Source of the DNA: Anaerohalosphaeraceae bacterium
GTDB taxonomy: Bacteria; Planctomycetota; Phycisphaerae; Sedimentisphaerales; Anaerohalosphaeraceae
Length of the DNA stretch: 64,000 bases
Direction: 5' to 3'
Assembly (NCBI GenBank): GCA_050309605.1
Contig: JBNRMN010000090.1
Span: 1-64,000 of the forward strand
Shown here: positions 9,668 to 18,534 of the stretch, one piece after another
How the letters are laid out: every line of letters starts with the position of its first letter
Numbering within the stretch: the first letter of the stretch is position 1
Program-made: the position numbers and the translations under genes
The notes under the pieces: generated by a model
What the model was told of the DNA's origin: nothing
Seen by the model: the letters and a program-made list of their open reading frames with translations, nothing else
Database searches by the model: none

Positions 9668-11011
9668 TCAATCAAGAATGGCCTCAATGTTGACGTTTTT
9701 CCGCGGCAGGACAATATCATCCGGCGCCGTGCCGAGGGCCGGGCGTGTGAACGTCTCGCCGAAGCGGGTAAAGCCATCGACAAACCCGCCGTGGCTCAGG
9801 AAGAACTGCCCGTTTTCGAGGCCCATAAACCGGTCAAGCCGATCGCTGCGGCCGGTGGCGTCATGGCTGAACGAGGCCTGCGTCAATTCGAGCCACCGGC
9901 CCTCTGTGGTCAGAATCCACTGATTGCCGTAAAGCGCCTTGCGGACCAGGTGGCCGTTGGAACCCCAGAAATTCTCGCTGAAGCTGTGCGGACGTTGCAG
10001 ATAGCCGCCTTCCTTGGGCGCTTTCCAGGATGAAATCAGCATCCATCGCCGCGAATCCGGATGGAAATAGTATCCTGAAAAGATGGTAAATGTCTCGTCC
10101 ACCGGTTCAGCGGTGACCACGAACCGCTGTTTTTGGCCGGTTCTCCACATATATTTCAGGTGGCTGTGTCCGCCGGTGCCTTCGTTGCCGAAGTCGCCCG
10201 AATACACGCCGTCGCCTTTGTCCATCAGCACCACGCGGTTTTCCTGGGCGACTTTGCTGCGGTCAATCGGTTCGCCGCCGCTGTCCCAGACGCTGAAGAT
10301 GATCCGCCGTTCGACGGAACTGTTCACTTGCATCCCAAAGTAGCCGCGATGCCAGCCGCAGGCCATATAAAATGTGGCAGTCGGGTCTTCCAGGCCGGTC
10401 ACTTCACAATAAAACGCCGCAATCTCGACGTCGGAGGGCACCGGATAACTGAGGTGGACCGAGGCGGCGTTGCGTCGCGGCTTGAGATTGAAATGCGCCT
10501 CGTTGAGGGCCGGCCCTTCCAGCCGCAGCGCCTCCGGATCACCAAACGGTCTGCCCGGTTCATTGAGCGATTCGAGCATCAACCGGTGGTATCCCGTTTG
10601 CCGGATTTCAAAAACGCCGAAATCGGCCGTAACCGGTGTGTCGTCGCCCTGGCCGATAACGCGGGTTTGGCGGCTCTGTTCGCCGAGGGTCATTTTCAGG
10701 TTTGACGCCGCACCGTCGTCCAGCCGCAGCACCACGCTGACCGACAGCCGGCCGGTGTGTCGGAACAGGCCGTACCAGTTGACGCTGGTTTGCGGATCCG
10801 TCCAGCCGGTGACGCCGCGGCGCTGGGAGATGCGCGCCGCATCGGGGTCAGGCAGCGTATAAGCCGTAAACGCCGGCACACGCAATGTCAGCTCGGCCGG
10901 CTCTTCAGTCGGCTCGGAGTCAGCGGCGTACACGATCGCAGCCGTTAACCCCATACAGATAATAAGTGCAAAAAACAGTGCATTGTTCAACGAACTGACG
11001 TGTTTCATCAT
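9668..11011 (-). CDS. Secreted DUF5077/DUF3472 domain protein
   Basis: Signal peptide; GYFGMQVNS..ERRIIFSVWD, FGNEGTGG, HSFSENF. Confidence 0.75.
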   Translation of the reverse strand: MMKHVSSLNNALFFALIICMGLTAAIVYAADSEPTEEPAELTLRVPAFTAYTLPDPDAARISQRRGVTGWTDPQTSVNWYGLFRHTGRLSVSVVLRLDDGAASNLKMTLGEQSRQTRVIGQGDDTPVTADFGVFEIRQTGYHRLMLESLNEPGRPFGDPEALRLEGPALNEAHFNLKPRRNAASVHLSYPVPSDVEIAAFYCEVTGLEDPTATFYMACGWHRGYFGMQVNSSVERRIIFSVWDSGGEPIDRSKVAQENRVVLMDKGDGVYSGDFGNEGTGGHSHLKYMWRTGQKQRFVVTAEPVDETFTIFSGYYFHPDSRRWMLISSWKAPKEGGYLQRPHSFSENFWGSNGHLVRKALYGNQWILTTEGRWLELTQASFSHDATGRSDRLDRFMGLENGQFFLSHGGFVDGFTRFGETFTRPALGTAPDDIVLPRKNVNIEAILD

Positions 11012-11070
11012 ATACTCTCCAATCTCATTTGATCTGCATACCCATCATCGGCGCCCGCGCAGCGTCGCGT

Positions 11071-12522
11071 TTAATTCTCGGATAAGACAATGGTCTCGCT
11101 GAGGTAGTTTGCCACCGCCTCATGGCCGTCGGGCGTCCAGTGCTGATCAAAGCTGTAATAGGTTTGCACGCCGTTGCGCATTTGTCGGCGCAGTTCCTCG
11201 GTCAGACTGATAAAGGCAATCCCGTGTTCCTCGCAATACTGTCTGAATACCCGCTGGCGGACCTGGGTCCCTTCTTTGATTTTCGCCGCGAATTCTTTCG
11301 GCTCCGGCAAATCGCTGATGCGGGTACTTAGAAACGCGCGAAGCTGCTCGGCGTCCACCCGCTCAAGCATATCTTCGATCAGCACATGCGGCCGGTCGGG
11401 TGCGTAAATAAAAATCAGCACCGCGCCGTTTTCCTCGCACATCCGCCGGGTTTCTTCAAGCAGCCGCAGCGACTCAATGCACGCCAAACTCCCGCGAAAT
11501 CCCTCCTCGGTCACATAATGCTGTTCAAGCCGCTTGACCTCGAACGCATAGCCGTTGCCGCTGCCTTCGGGCAGCTCAAACGGAAGCCACGCCACCGGAT
11601 ACATCCGATGCGACGGGGCGTGGATGGTCGAGTCGTTGTAAAAGCGTTTGCGTCCGACAGGCCCCAGCGTTCGTATCAATGAGTCTTTGAGCACTTGTCG
11701 CAGCGGCGAGGCCTTAAACGCCACGTCCCACATTGACAGACGTTCCCGACCGTTGACCCGCTGCCGTCGAAAGATGGAATTGCGCAGATCGTTGCCCTCA
11801 TACAACAGATACAGCACCGCTTTGGGCCGCAGTTCAAGGCCGAACCGTTTGAGGGTATCCAGATAGGTAACCGGATTGCCGCCGGACATGCCCAGATTGT
11901 ACAGCCGCACGCCGCGCCGTTCGGCCAGGCGTGCCGTCCAGACCTGATCATCCGAGACTTTTGATCCTTCGGCAAATGAATCGCCCAGCACAATCCAATC
12001 GTACCGTTCATGCCGGACGGGATTGCGAAACCCCCGCTCGTCCACCGTCAGCACAAACGGCGTCGGCGGATACCCCTCAATCGGATTCGGATAACTGAAC
12101 GCAAATTCCGGCCGGTCGTGAAACACCCCCTCGTAAACGCTGTTGGGAACCCGGTGATAGGACGGCTGCTGGTCATCGTCGGTCACATAGTGCTGCCGCT
12201 GACTGAGCCGCAGGGCCACATCGGCGACCACAATCCCCAGAATAATCGAAACCGTCAGCGAGATTTGTTTGAACGCCGCCAGGCGTTTGGCCTTGGGGTC
12301 GGCGGGCTTGTTCTTATCAGTCCATTGCCCGATCAGGACGCACAGCAAAATCGGCGTGGCAATCAGCAGGGCAAGGGTCTTTTCGAGGGTATAACGTCCC
12401 AGCAGGATCGGCCGCTGCTGCGCGACGTTGTAGGCAATATCGCTTTCCAGACCCCACATCAGGGCCAGCACCATAACAATGATGCCGGTAACGGCAATCC
12501 GAATTATCTTCTCTTTATTCAT
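11071..12522 (-). CDS. Membrane-anchored SGNH/GDSL hydrolase (AlgX/AlgJ-like)
   Basis: N-terminal TM helices; LGDSF, YEGND, DQHW catalytic DxH. Confidence 0.8.
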   Translation of the reverse strand: MNKEKIIRIAVTGIIVMVLALMWGLESDIAYNVAQQRPILLGRYTLEKTLALLIATPILLCVLIGQWTDKNKPADPKAKRLAAFKQISLTVSIILGIVVADVALRLSQRQHYVTDDDQQPSYHRVPNSVYEGVFHDRPEFAFSYPNPIEGYPPTPFVLTVDERGFRNPVRHERYDWIVLGDSFAEGSKVSDDQVWTARLAERRGVRLYNLGMSGGNPVTYLDTLKRFGLELRPKAVLYLLYEGNDLRNSIFRRQRVNGRERLSMWDVAFKASPLRQVLKDSLIRTLGPVGRKRFYNDSTIHAPSHRMYPVAWLPFELPEGSGNGYAFEVKRLEQHYVTEEGFRGSLACIESLRLLEETRRMCEENGAVLIFIYAPDRPHVLIEDMLERVDAEQLRAFLSTRISDLPEPKEFAAKIKEGTQVRQRVFRQYCEEHGIAFISLTEELRRQMRNGVQTYYSFDQHWTPDGHEAVANYLSETIVLSEN

Positions 12523-12535
12523 TTTCCACAGCGAT

Positions 12536-12733
12536 TCAAAACAGCGGATAGATAAACAGAGCAATCGCCGAGCTGCTCAAAAAGACCAGCAGCCCCATCG
12601 CCAGCAGAATAAGGATAATCGGCAGCAGCCACCATTTTTTATTGTGCTTGAGAAATTCTATAAACTCTCCCATCAAGGTGGTGCGCTTCTGCTGGGACAA
12701 TTGTTCAAATTCGTTGGTTTTATCGTCAGCCAT
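12536..12733 (-). CDS. DUF5989 family (SxtK-like) small membrane protein
   Basis: FLKHNKKWWLLPI...FIYPLF signature. Confidence 0.85.
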   Translation of the reverse strand: MADDKTNEFEQLSQQKRTTLMGEFIEFLKHNKKWWLLPIILILLAMGLLVFLSSSAIALFIYPLF

Positions 12734-12759
12734 AAGTGAGACCCTGAAACAATCCGAAA

Positions 12760-13179
12760 TTAAAATTGATGGAAATAATCTTTGGCCGTGCGTTTGTGTT
12801 TGTACGGCAGCCAGTAGCTCTCGGCGTTGAGGTCATAGGCCCGATGCAGCGGATCGCGCTTGAGCAGTTTGAACACCAGCCCGACGGCGCCGATGATGAC
12901 ATAATAAAACAGCGCCATCACCGTATGACTAATGACCCAGCCGATGGGGAACGTCACCACCATCAGCCCGCAATAGATCGGCCGCACCAGCGTAACCGAG
13001 ATACGGCTGAGCAGATAAATTGCCACGCCGACGAAGCAAATGATGATAAACACCCGGACCGGCAGACCCGCCAGCCACATCAGCAGCAGCCCGACGATAT
13101 TGCACATACACAGGGCGATGTCGCCGAAATCGCGCAGTTGTTTTTCATTCGGTTTTAAGTTTAATGACACCAGCGCCAT
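12760..13179 (-). CDS. SxtJ family membrane protein
   Basis: LRDFG, PIGWVIS, KRDPL, SYW, C-terminal QF. Confidence 0.82.
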   Translation of the reverse strand: MALVSLNLKPNEKQLRDFGDIALCMCNIVGLLLMWLAGLPVRVFIIICFVGVAIYLLSRISVTLVRPIYCGLMVVTFPIGWVISHTVMALFYYVIIGAVGLVFKLLKRDPLHRAYDLNAESYWLPYKHKRTAKDYFHQF

Positions 13180-13188
13180 ACACACTCC

Positions 13189-15039
13189 CTAATCCAGTTC
13201 AAATTGAGCCATATAGGACTCGACCTCTTGTCGGCTGATTTCGGACTGGCGATCCTTATACAGCACAAAATTTTCCAGCACCAACACATCCATATGCGTC
13301 GCTAAAAAGCACCGATACGCATCTTCCGGCGTACAGACAATCGGCTCGCCGCGGATATTAAAACTCGTGTTAATGACCAGCGGACAGTCGGTTTTTTGTT
13401 TGAATCGCTCCAGCAGACGATAATACCGCCCGTGCCGTTCGGCATCGACCGTTTGAATCCGCGCCGAGTAATCCACGTGGGTAACGCCGGGAATCCGACT
13501 GCGTTTGACCTTGAGCAGCTCGATCCCGCTTAACCCCTCTTCCTGTCCGTTGCAGGCGATGCGTTTGCTTTCCTGCACCGGCGCGACCAGCAGCATATAC
13601 GGGCTTTCCCGGCGCGCATCCAGCTCAAAATAATCGGCCGCCCGTTCGCGCAGGACGCTGGGGGCAAACGGTCGGAACGATTCGCGAAACTTGATTTTCA
13701 GATTCATCCGCGACTGCATCTGTTCATCACGGGCGTCGCCGATAATGCTGCGCGATCCCAGCGCCCGCGGCCCGAACTCCATTCGTCCCTGAAACCAGCC
13801 GATGACCTTGCCGCCCTCAATATCGCCGGCCAGCGTTTCAAGCAGCACATCTTCATCGTCATAATACGAATAGACCGCACCGACCGCGTCGAGGAAGCCG
13901 CGAATATCCGCCGCGGCAAAGCGCGGCCCCAGCAGCGAACCGGCCTGCAGGTCGCGGCGGTTGTCCGCCGTGCGTTCATGGCCGAGCAGTTGATAATGCA
14001 CAAACAATGCCGCTCCCAGTGCGCCGCCCGCATCACCGGCGGCCGGCTGAATCCAGAGATTGTCAAACGGCCCCTCGCGCAGGATCCGCCCGTTGCCCAC
14101 ACAATTGAGCGCCACCCCCCCGGCCAGGACAAGGTTTCGCATTCCCGTTTGCTGATGCGCAAACCGCACCATCCGCAACATAATCTCTTCGGTTACGCTC
14201 TGGATCGATGCGGCGATATCCATTTCCCGCTGCGTTACCGGCGATTCGGGCCGCCGTCGGGGACCGTCGAACAGCGCGGCGAACTTCTCGCCCACCATCA
14301 CATCGGTATAGCAATAGGTAAAATATTCCATATTCAGACGAAAGGAACCGTCTTCTTTCAGATCGAGCAGATGCTCAAGAATCAGGTCGCGATAAACCGG
14401 CTTGCCGTACGGCGCCAGGCCCATCAGCTTGTATTCGCCGGAGTTGACCTTAAACCCCGTAAAATACGTAAACGCCGAGTACAGCAGCCCCAGCGAATGC
14501 GGAAACCGAAGCTCATATTTCAGCTCGATTCGATTGCCGCGTCCAACGCCGATGCTGGCGGTTGTCCATTCGCCCACGCCGTCCATCGTGACGATGGCCG
14601 CCTCCTCGTAAGGGCTGGGGAAAAACGCACTGGCCGCGTGCGACTCGTGGTGCTCGGTAAAGATGTACTTGCCCTGAAACGGCGTGCCCAGCGCCTTGTC
14701 AATCTCGCGCGGAATGTGCAGCTTTTCGTTAAGCCACTGCGGAATGCCCATCAGAAACTGCCGAAACCCGTGCGGCGCATAGGCAAACCACGTCTCCAGC
14801 AGCCGGTCAAATTTCAGCAGCGGCTTTTCATAAAACACCACATAATCCAACTGCTGGACAGTCAAATTCGCCTCGCGCAGACAATACGCAATGGCGTTGA
14901 CCGGCATTCGAAAATCGTGTTTCTTTCGCGTAAACCGCTCTTCCTGTGCGGCTGCGACAATCTGTCCATCGCAAAGCAGCGCTGCGGCGCTGTCGTGATA
15001 CAGCCCCGAAATGCCCAAAATAGCCTGCGGTTTGGCCAT
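13189..15039 (-). CDS. O-carbamoyltransferase (NodU/CmcH/SxtI family)
   Basis: YHDSAAA, EERFTRKKH, HHESHAASAF, EFGPRALG, RESFRPFAP, NTSFN. Confidence 0.95.
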   Translation of the reverse strand: MAKPQAILGISGLYHDSAAALLCDGQIVAAAQEERFTRKKHDFRMPVNAIAYCLREANLTVQQLDYVVFYEKPLLKFDRLLETWFAYAPHGFRQFLMGIPQWLNEKLHIPREIDKALGTPFQGKYIFTEHHESHAASAFFPSPYEEAAIVTMDGVGEWTTASIGVGRGNRIELKYELRFPHSLGLLYSAFTYFTGFKVNSGEYKLMGLAPYGKPVYRDLILEHLLDLKEDGSFRLNMEYFTYCYTDVMVGEKFAALFDGPRRRPESPVTQREMDIAASIQSVTEEIMLRMVRFAHQQTGMRNLVLAGGVALNCVGNGRILREGPFDNLWIQPAAGDAGGALGAALFVHYQLLGHERTADNRRDLQAGSLLGPRFAAADIRGFLDAVGAVYSYYDDEDVLLETLAGDIEGGKVIGWFQGRMEFGPRALGSRSIIGDARDEQMQSRMNLKIKFRESFRPFAPSVLRERAADYFELDARRESPYMLLVAPVQESKRIACNGQEEGLSGIELLKVKRSRIPGVTHVDYSARIQTVDAERHGRYYRLLERFKQKTDCPLVINTSFNIRGEPIVCTPEDAYRCFLATHMDVLVLENFVLYKDRQSEISRQEVESYMAQFELD

Positions 15040-15041
15040 CC

Positions 15042-15428
15042 TTACGCTTCCGTCTCAAGGAATGTTCGATAGGCGGCAGCATCCATCAGCCCGTCCAGCT
15101 CGGCCGGGTCGGTCGGCTCGACCTTTATCAGCCAGCCGGCGCCGTAAGCGTCCTGCTTGAGACCGTCGGGATTGTCGCACGCCGAGGTATTCACCTCAAC
15201 GACCTTGCCGCCGACGGGCGCATACATATCCGAGGCCGACTTGACCGATTCGACCACGCCGAACATCTCACCCTGTTTGAGCGTTCGCCCGACTTCGGGC
15301 AGTTCCAGATACACGATATCGCCCAGTTGTTCAATGGCGTACGCCGTCAGGCCGACGGCAATCCGATCGCCGTCTTTTTTCGCCCATTCGTGTGATTTCA
15401 AATATCTTGCGTCCGGATCAATCATCAT
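15042..15428 (-). CDS. gcvH: Glycine cleavage system H protein
   Basis: SHEW, LGDIVY, VESVKSASD lipoyl-lysine motif. Confidence 0.96.
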   Translation of the reverse strand: MMIDPDARYLKSHEWAKKDGDRIAVGLTAYAIEQLGDIVYLELPEVGRTLKQGEMFGVVESVKSASDMYAPVGGKVVEVNTSACDNPDGLKQDAYGAGWLIKVEPTDPAELDGLMDAAAYRTFLETEA

Positions 15429-15520
15429 CTGTAGAATTCCTTATAATAAATCGTCCTGTCTTGCCGCTATGCCGCTTTATACTTCAAGTTCCGGCTTTCG
15501 GTTCTGACGTCTGTCTTGTT

Positions 15521-16765
15521 TTATTCAATCTCAGCCAGGGCAATATCGCCGCTGCGATTGTCCAGATTTCGCCGAACAAGCCGCATTTTCAGCCGCCGCT
15601 GCCGCACGTCGGCCTCCAGTACCGCATCGGGGGCCACCTCCGGCGCGACCAGTGCCAGCCCGATTGCGCGTCGGCCCGTCTGATCGGTCAGCCGCCAGGT
15701 GTCGCCGTCTTTGCGTGTACCCCAATAGGGCGCTACCGTCCCGCTGGTTACAAAACCGACCGGTTTGTCCCTATCATACACCACCGTCTCAGCGCGTGCA
15801 ACACCGCTGTCTGTCAGTCGAAACGACCGAATCACCCGCGGCAGATCGCTTGTCTGTGAAAAATCACCCGCGGCGTATCGTTTCCGTGCCTCGGCCTGAC
15901 GCAGCAGGGCTGCTTTGCCGACATACTCGCCCTTGCTTTGGTCAAAACTGACCGCATACCGCGCGATCGGACAAGCCAGCGCGCCGATTTCCGCCCCGTC
16001 CGGCCCGACGCCGAACTCATGGCCGTACAGCGGCAGTCCCGCTTCCAGCCGCAGCGTGTCCCGCGCTCCCAGCCCGACCGGCTCGGCCCCGCCATCCAGC
16101 AGCGCATCCCACAGCGATCCAACCGCCTCGGCGGCAATAAACACCTCAAAACAGATCGGTTCGCCCGTATAGCCGGTGCGGGCGACCGTTGCCTGAACAC
16201 CGCAAAGGGTGACCTGACTTAATGCATTGCGCCGCTTCGGCGGCAGGACGCCGCCCTCAAGCAGCGTGCGCAAGATCGTCTCGCTCTGAGGCCCCTGCAG
16301 GGCGATCATCGCAAGCGACTCGCTGATATCCGTCAGGGTAACCCCGTCAAACGTCGAGACGTGCGAACGGAGATACTCATAATCCGTTTGGGCGTTCGAG
16401 GCGTTGACCACCAGCAGATAATCCCCCCTGTCAAGCTGATACAGATAGGCATCGTCGATGACCCCGCCTTCCGGGTTGGCCATAATCGTGTACTGGCTGT
16501 TGCCCGGCGACAGGTTTAGAACATTGTTGGTCAAAAACCGCTGGAGAAAATCAACCGCCTTTTCGCCCCGGATACGAAACCGCCCCATATGCGAGACGTC
16601 AAAAAGCCCGGCGTTCTTTCGGGTGGCCAAGTGCTCGGCCACAATGCCCCCGGCGTACTGAATCGGCATCTCCCAGCCCGCGAAATCCGCCATCCGCGCC
16701 CCCAATGCCGTATGACGTTGATGCAGTCTTGTCTGTTTCATAGCCTGACTTAAAAAAGAGTTCAT
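15521..16765 (-). CDS. gcvT: Glycine cleavage aminomethyltransferase
   Basis: FAGWEMP, LFDVSHMG, RTGYTGE, GLGARDTLRLEAG. Start may instead be 16741. Confidence 0.95.
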   Translation of the reverse strand: MNSFLSQAMKQTRLHQRHTALGARMADFAGWEMPIQYAGGIVAEHLATRKNAGLFDVSHMGRFRIRGEKAVDFLQRFLTNNVLNLSPGNSQYTIMANPEGGVIDDAYLYQLDRGDYLLVVNASNAQTDYEYLRSHVSTFDGVTLTDISESLAMIALQGPQSETILRTLLEGGVLPPKRRNALSQVTLCGVQATVARTGYTGEPICFEVFIAAEAVGSLWDALLDGGAEPVGLGARDTLRLEAGLPLYGHEFGVGPDGAEIGALACPIARYAVSFDQSKGEYVGKAALLRQAEARKRYAAGDFSQTSDLPRVIRSFRLTDSGVARAETVVYDRDKPVGFVTSGTVAPYWGTRKDGDTWRLTDQTGRRAIGLALVAPEVAPDAVLEADVRQRRLKMRLVRRNLDNRSGDIALAEIE

Positions 16766-16883
16766 TTGTCGTAAAGTGGAACAAAAAGTCTAACACACAC
16801 CGCCGCCGACGTCAAACACAATCGCGATTATGCAAAATACCTCTTGCTATTCAAAACGAATTCGGTATAGTAATACGCTCATT

Positions 16884-16969
16884 GCCCAGGTGGCGGAATA
16901 GGCAGACGCGTCAGGTTGAGGGCCTGATGGGGTTAATACCCCGTGCTGGTTCGACTCCAGTCCTGGGCA
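16884..16969 (+). tRNA. tRNA-Leu(GAG)
   Basis: Acceptor stem GCCCAGG/CCTGGGC; anticodon arm TCAGG-TTGAGGG-CCTGA; long variable arm; GGTTCGACTCC; no encoded CCA. Confidence 0.95.
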
Positions 16970-17085
16970 ATCGTCATTCCGCGCTGCCCCTGAGAGACCG
17001 CCATTATGGCTGGGTCGTCTCATCTTGAACGGCGTGAGGGAAAGCATCAATCCTCTGTTGCGTCGAACTTTTCTTGTGTGTTCAG

Positions 17086-18510
17086 TTATATTGAGCCGGT
17101 CGCGCGTTCAAAGGCCGCTTTGGCGATATGATAGTTCCACTGCGTTTCGACCAGAACGCTTTCGGCTTGGGACAAGGCGGCCTGGGCATCCAGCAGGTCC
17201 GTGACAGTACTTTTGCCGACTTCGTAGCGCTGGCGCGTCAAACGCATGCTTTCCCGTGCGTCTTTGACCAGGATATCGGCGGCATGCAGCGCCTCACATG
17301 CCTCTGTCAGACGCGAATGACTTGTCCAGACCTCTTGCCGCACGGTCAGGATAAGCTGTCGGATCTGAGCTTCCTTTCTCGACAGTTCGCGGCGTGTTCG
17401 ATCCAATCGACGGCTTCGTTCAAATCCGGTAAACAGCGGCAGCTCAAGACCAACGCCTACAGACCAATCCTCATCGCCGGGCCAGAACTCCGAGTCGCGC
17501 CGCCCGTACCGCCCCATGGCTCGCAGTACCGGGCCAAAATCGCTTTGGGCGGCCGCCACCTCGCTTTGAGCGCCGACGATACGCTGAAGGGCGGCTTTCA
17601 GCTCAGGCCGCTGCTGTATGGCCGATTCGAATGAAGCGTCCAGATTGACCGTGTTCGGCGCGATAACCGACGGCAGCGTATCGTCAATCTCTATCGGCAA
17701 CTCGACCGGCAGTCCCATCGCGGTATTGAGATTGCCCCGGCTGATACGCACTCGGTTTTCCGCTCGAACGACAGCCAGCCTCCGGTCGGCCGTTTCCACC
17801 CGCATCCGCAGCACATCGGCCTCGACCGCGACGCCGACCTGTCTGCGCTGCTCGGCCAGACGCAGGTGGTCCTCTGCCCGCGCTGCGTTTTCTTCGGCAA
17901 CCTTGAACGCCTCATAAGCCGACAACAAACCATAGTAGGCCTGCTGAACCATCAACGCAATATCCTGCCGCACTATTTCAGCTTCGTATTCCGAGGCGCC
18001 GGCTTTGGCTCGGGCCGCGGTCAGGTGCGCCCGTCGTCGGCCGCTGTCAAGCAGCAGCCACTGCGCAGCCACCCCGCCGCTGTAATCGTCCGTCGGGCCG
18101 ACGACGCTGGTTTGCGGCCCCATCGCACCGCCCAGTCCGCCGGGCAAAAAGGCATGCGTCTGAAACCGTCGATAGTCGGCGGTCAGATTCACGTGAGGGT
18201 AATAGCCCGCCTCTGCCTGTTTGGCGGCATGGTGTGCGGCGGCCAGACCTTCACGCGACGCCTGGAGCAAAGGGTTTTGTGCCAGTGCAATGCGCACACA
18301 CGCCTCAAGCGTCAAATCTTGATCCTCCGGAATGAGGTCTGTTTCCTTGGTGGGTACCCCCGCAGCATCTGACGGCTGTGAAATGGACGGCGGCAGATAG
18401 CGGTTGATGGACGGCGTGCGTTCATACGGCAGTTCAGCACAGCCGGCAAAATACACAAAGCCCACGGTTAACCTAATCAGCAGATGGATACCGCGTTGAA
18501 TATTCATCAT
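17086..18510 (-). CDS. TolC-family outer membrane efflux protein
   Basis: Lipoprotein-like N-terminus (FAGC); duplicated OEP helical repeats; last gene of RND operon. Confidence 0.9.
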   Translation of the reverse strand: MMNIQRGIHLLIRLTVGFVYFAGCAELPYERTPSINRYLPPSISQPSDAAGVPTKETDLIPEDQDLTLEACVRIALAQNPLLQASREGLAAAHHAAKQAEAGYYPHVNLTADYRRFQTHAFLPGGLGGAMGPQTSVVGPTDDYSGGVAAQWLLLDSGRRRAHLTAARAKAGASEYEAEIVRQDIALMVQQAYYGLLSAYEAFKVAEENAARAEDHLRLAEQRRQVGVAVEADVLRMRVETADRRLAVVRAENRVRISRGNLNTAMGLPVELPIEIDDTLPSVIAPNTVNLDASFESAIQQRPELKAALQRIVGAQSEVAAAQSDFGPVLRAMGRYGRRDSEFWPGDEDWSVGVGLELPLFTGFERSRRLDRTRRELSRKEAQIRQLILTVRQEVWTSHSRLTEACEALHAADILVKDARESMRLTRQRYEVGKSTVTDLLDAQAALSQAESVLVETQWNYHIAKAAFERATGSI

Positions 18511-18534
18511 ATCACCTCGAATCATCAATTGACG

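Noticed and set aside
11071..15039. Saxitoxin biosynthesis cluster
   Set aside because: Only the sxtI/J/K/L-like block is present; no sxtA, sxtG or other core genes.
16766..16883. Glycine riboswitch upstream of gcvT
   Set aside because: Short gap shared with the tRNA promoter; no recognisable aptamer motifs.
16847..17050. Short ORFs overlapping tRNA genes (also 31672-31902)
   Set aside because: Artefacts of the tRNA sequences.
16970..17085. att site or integrase remnant after tRNA-Leu
   Set aside because: Only an imperfect hairpin; no duplicate of either tRNA 3' end noticed by eye.
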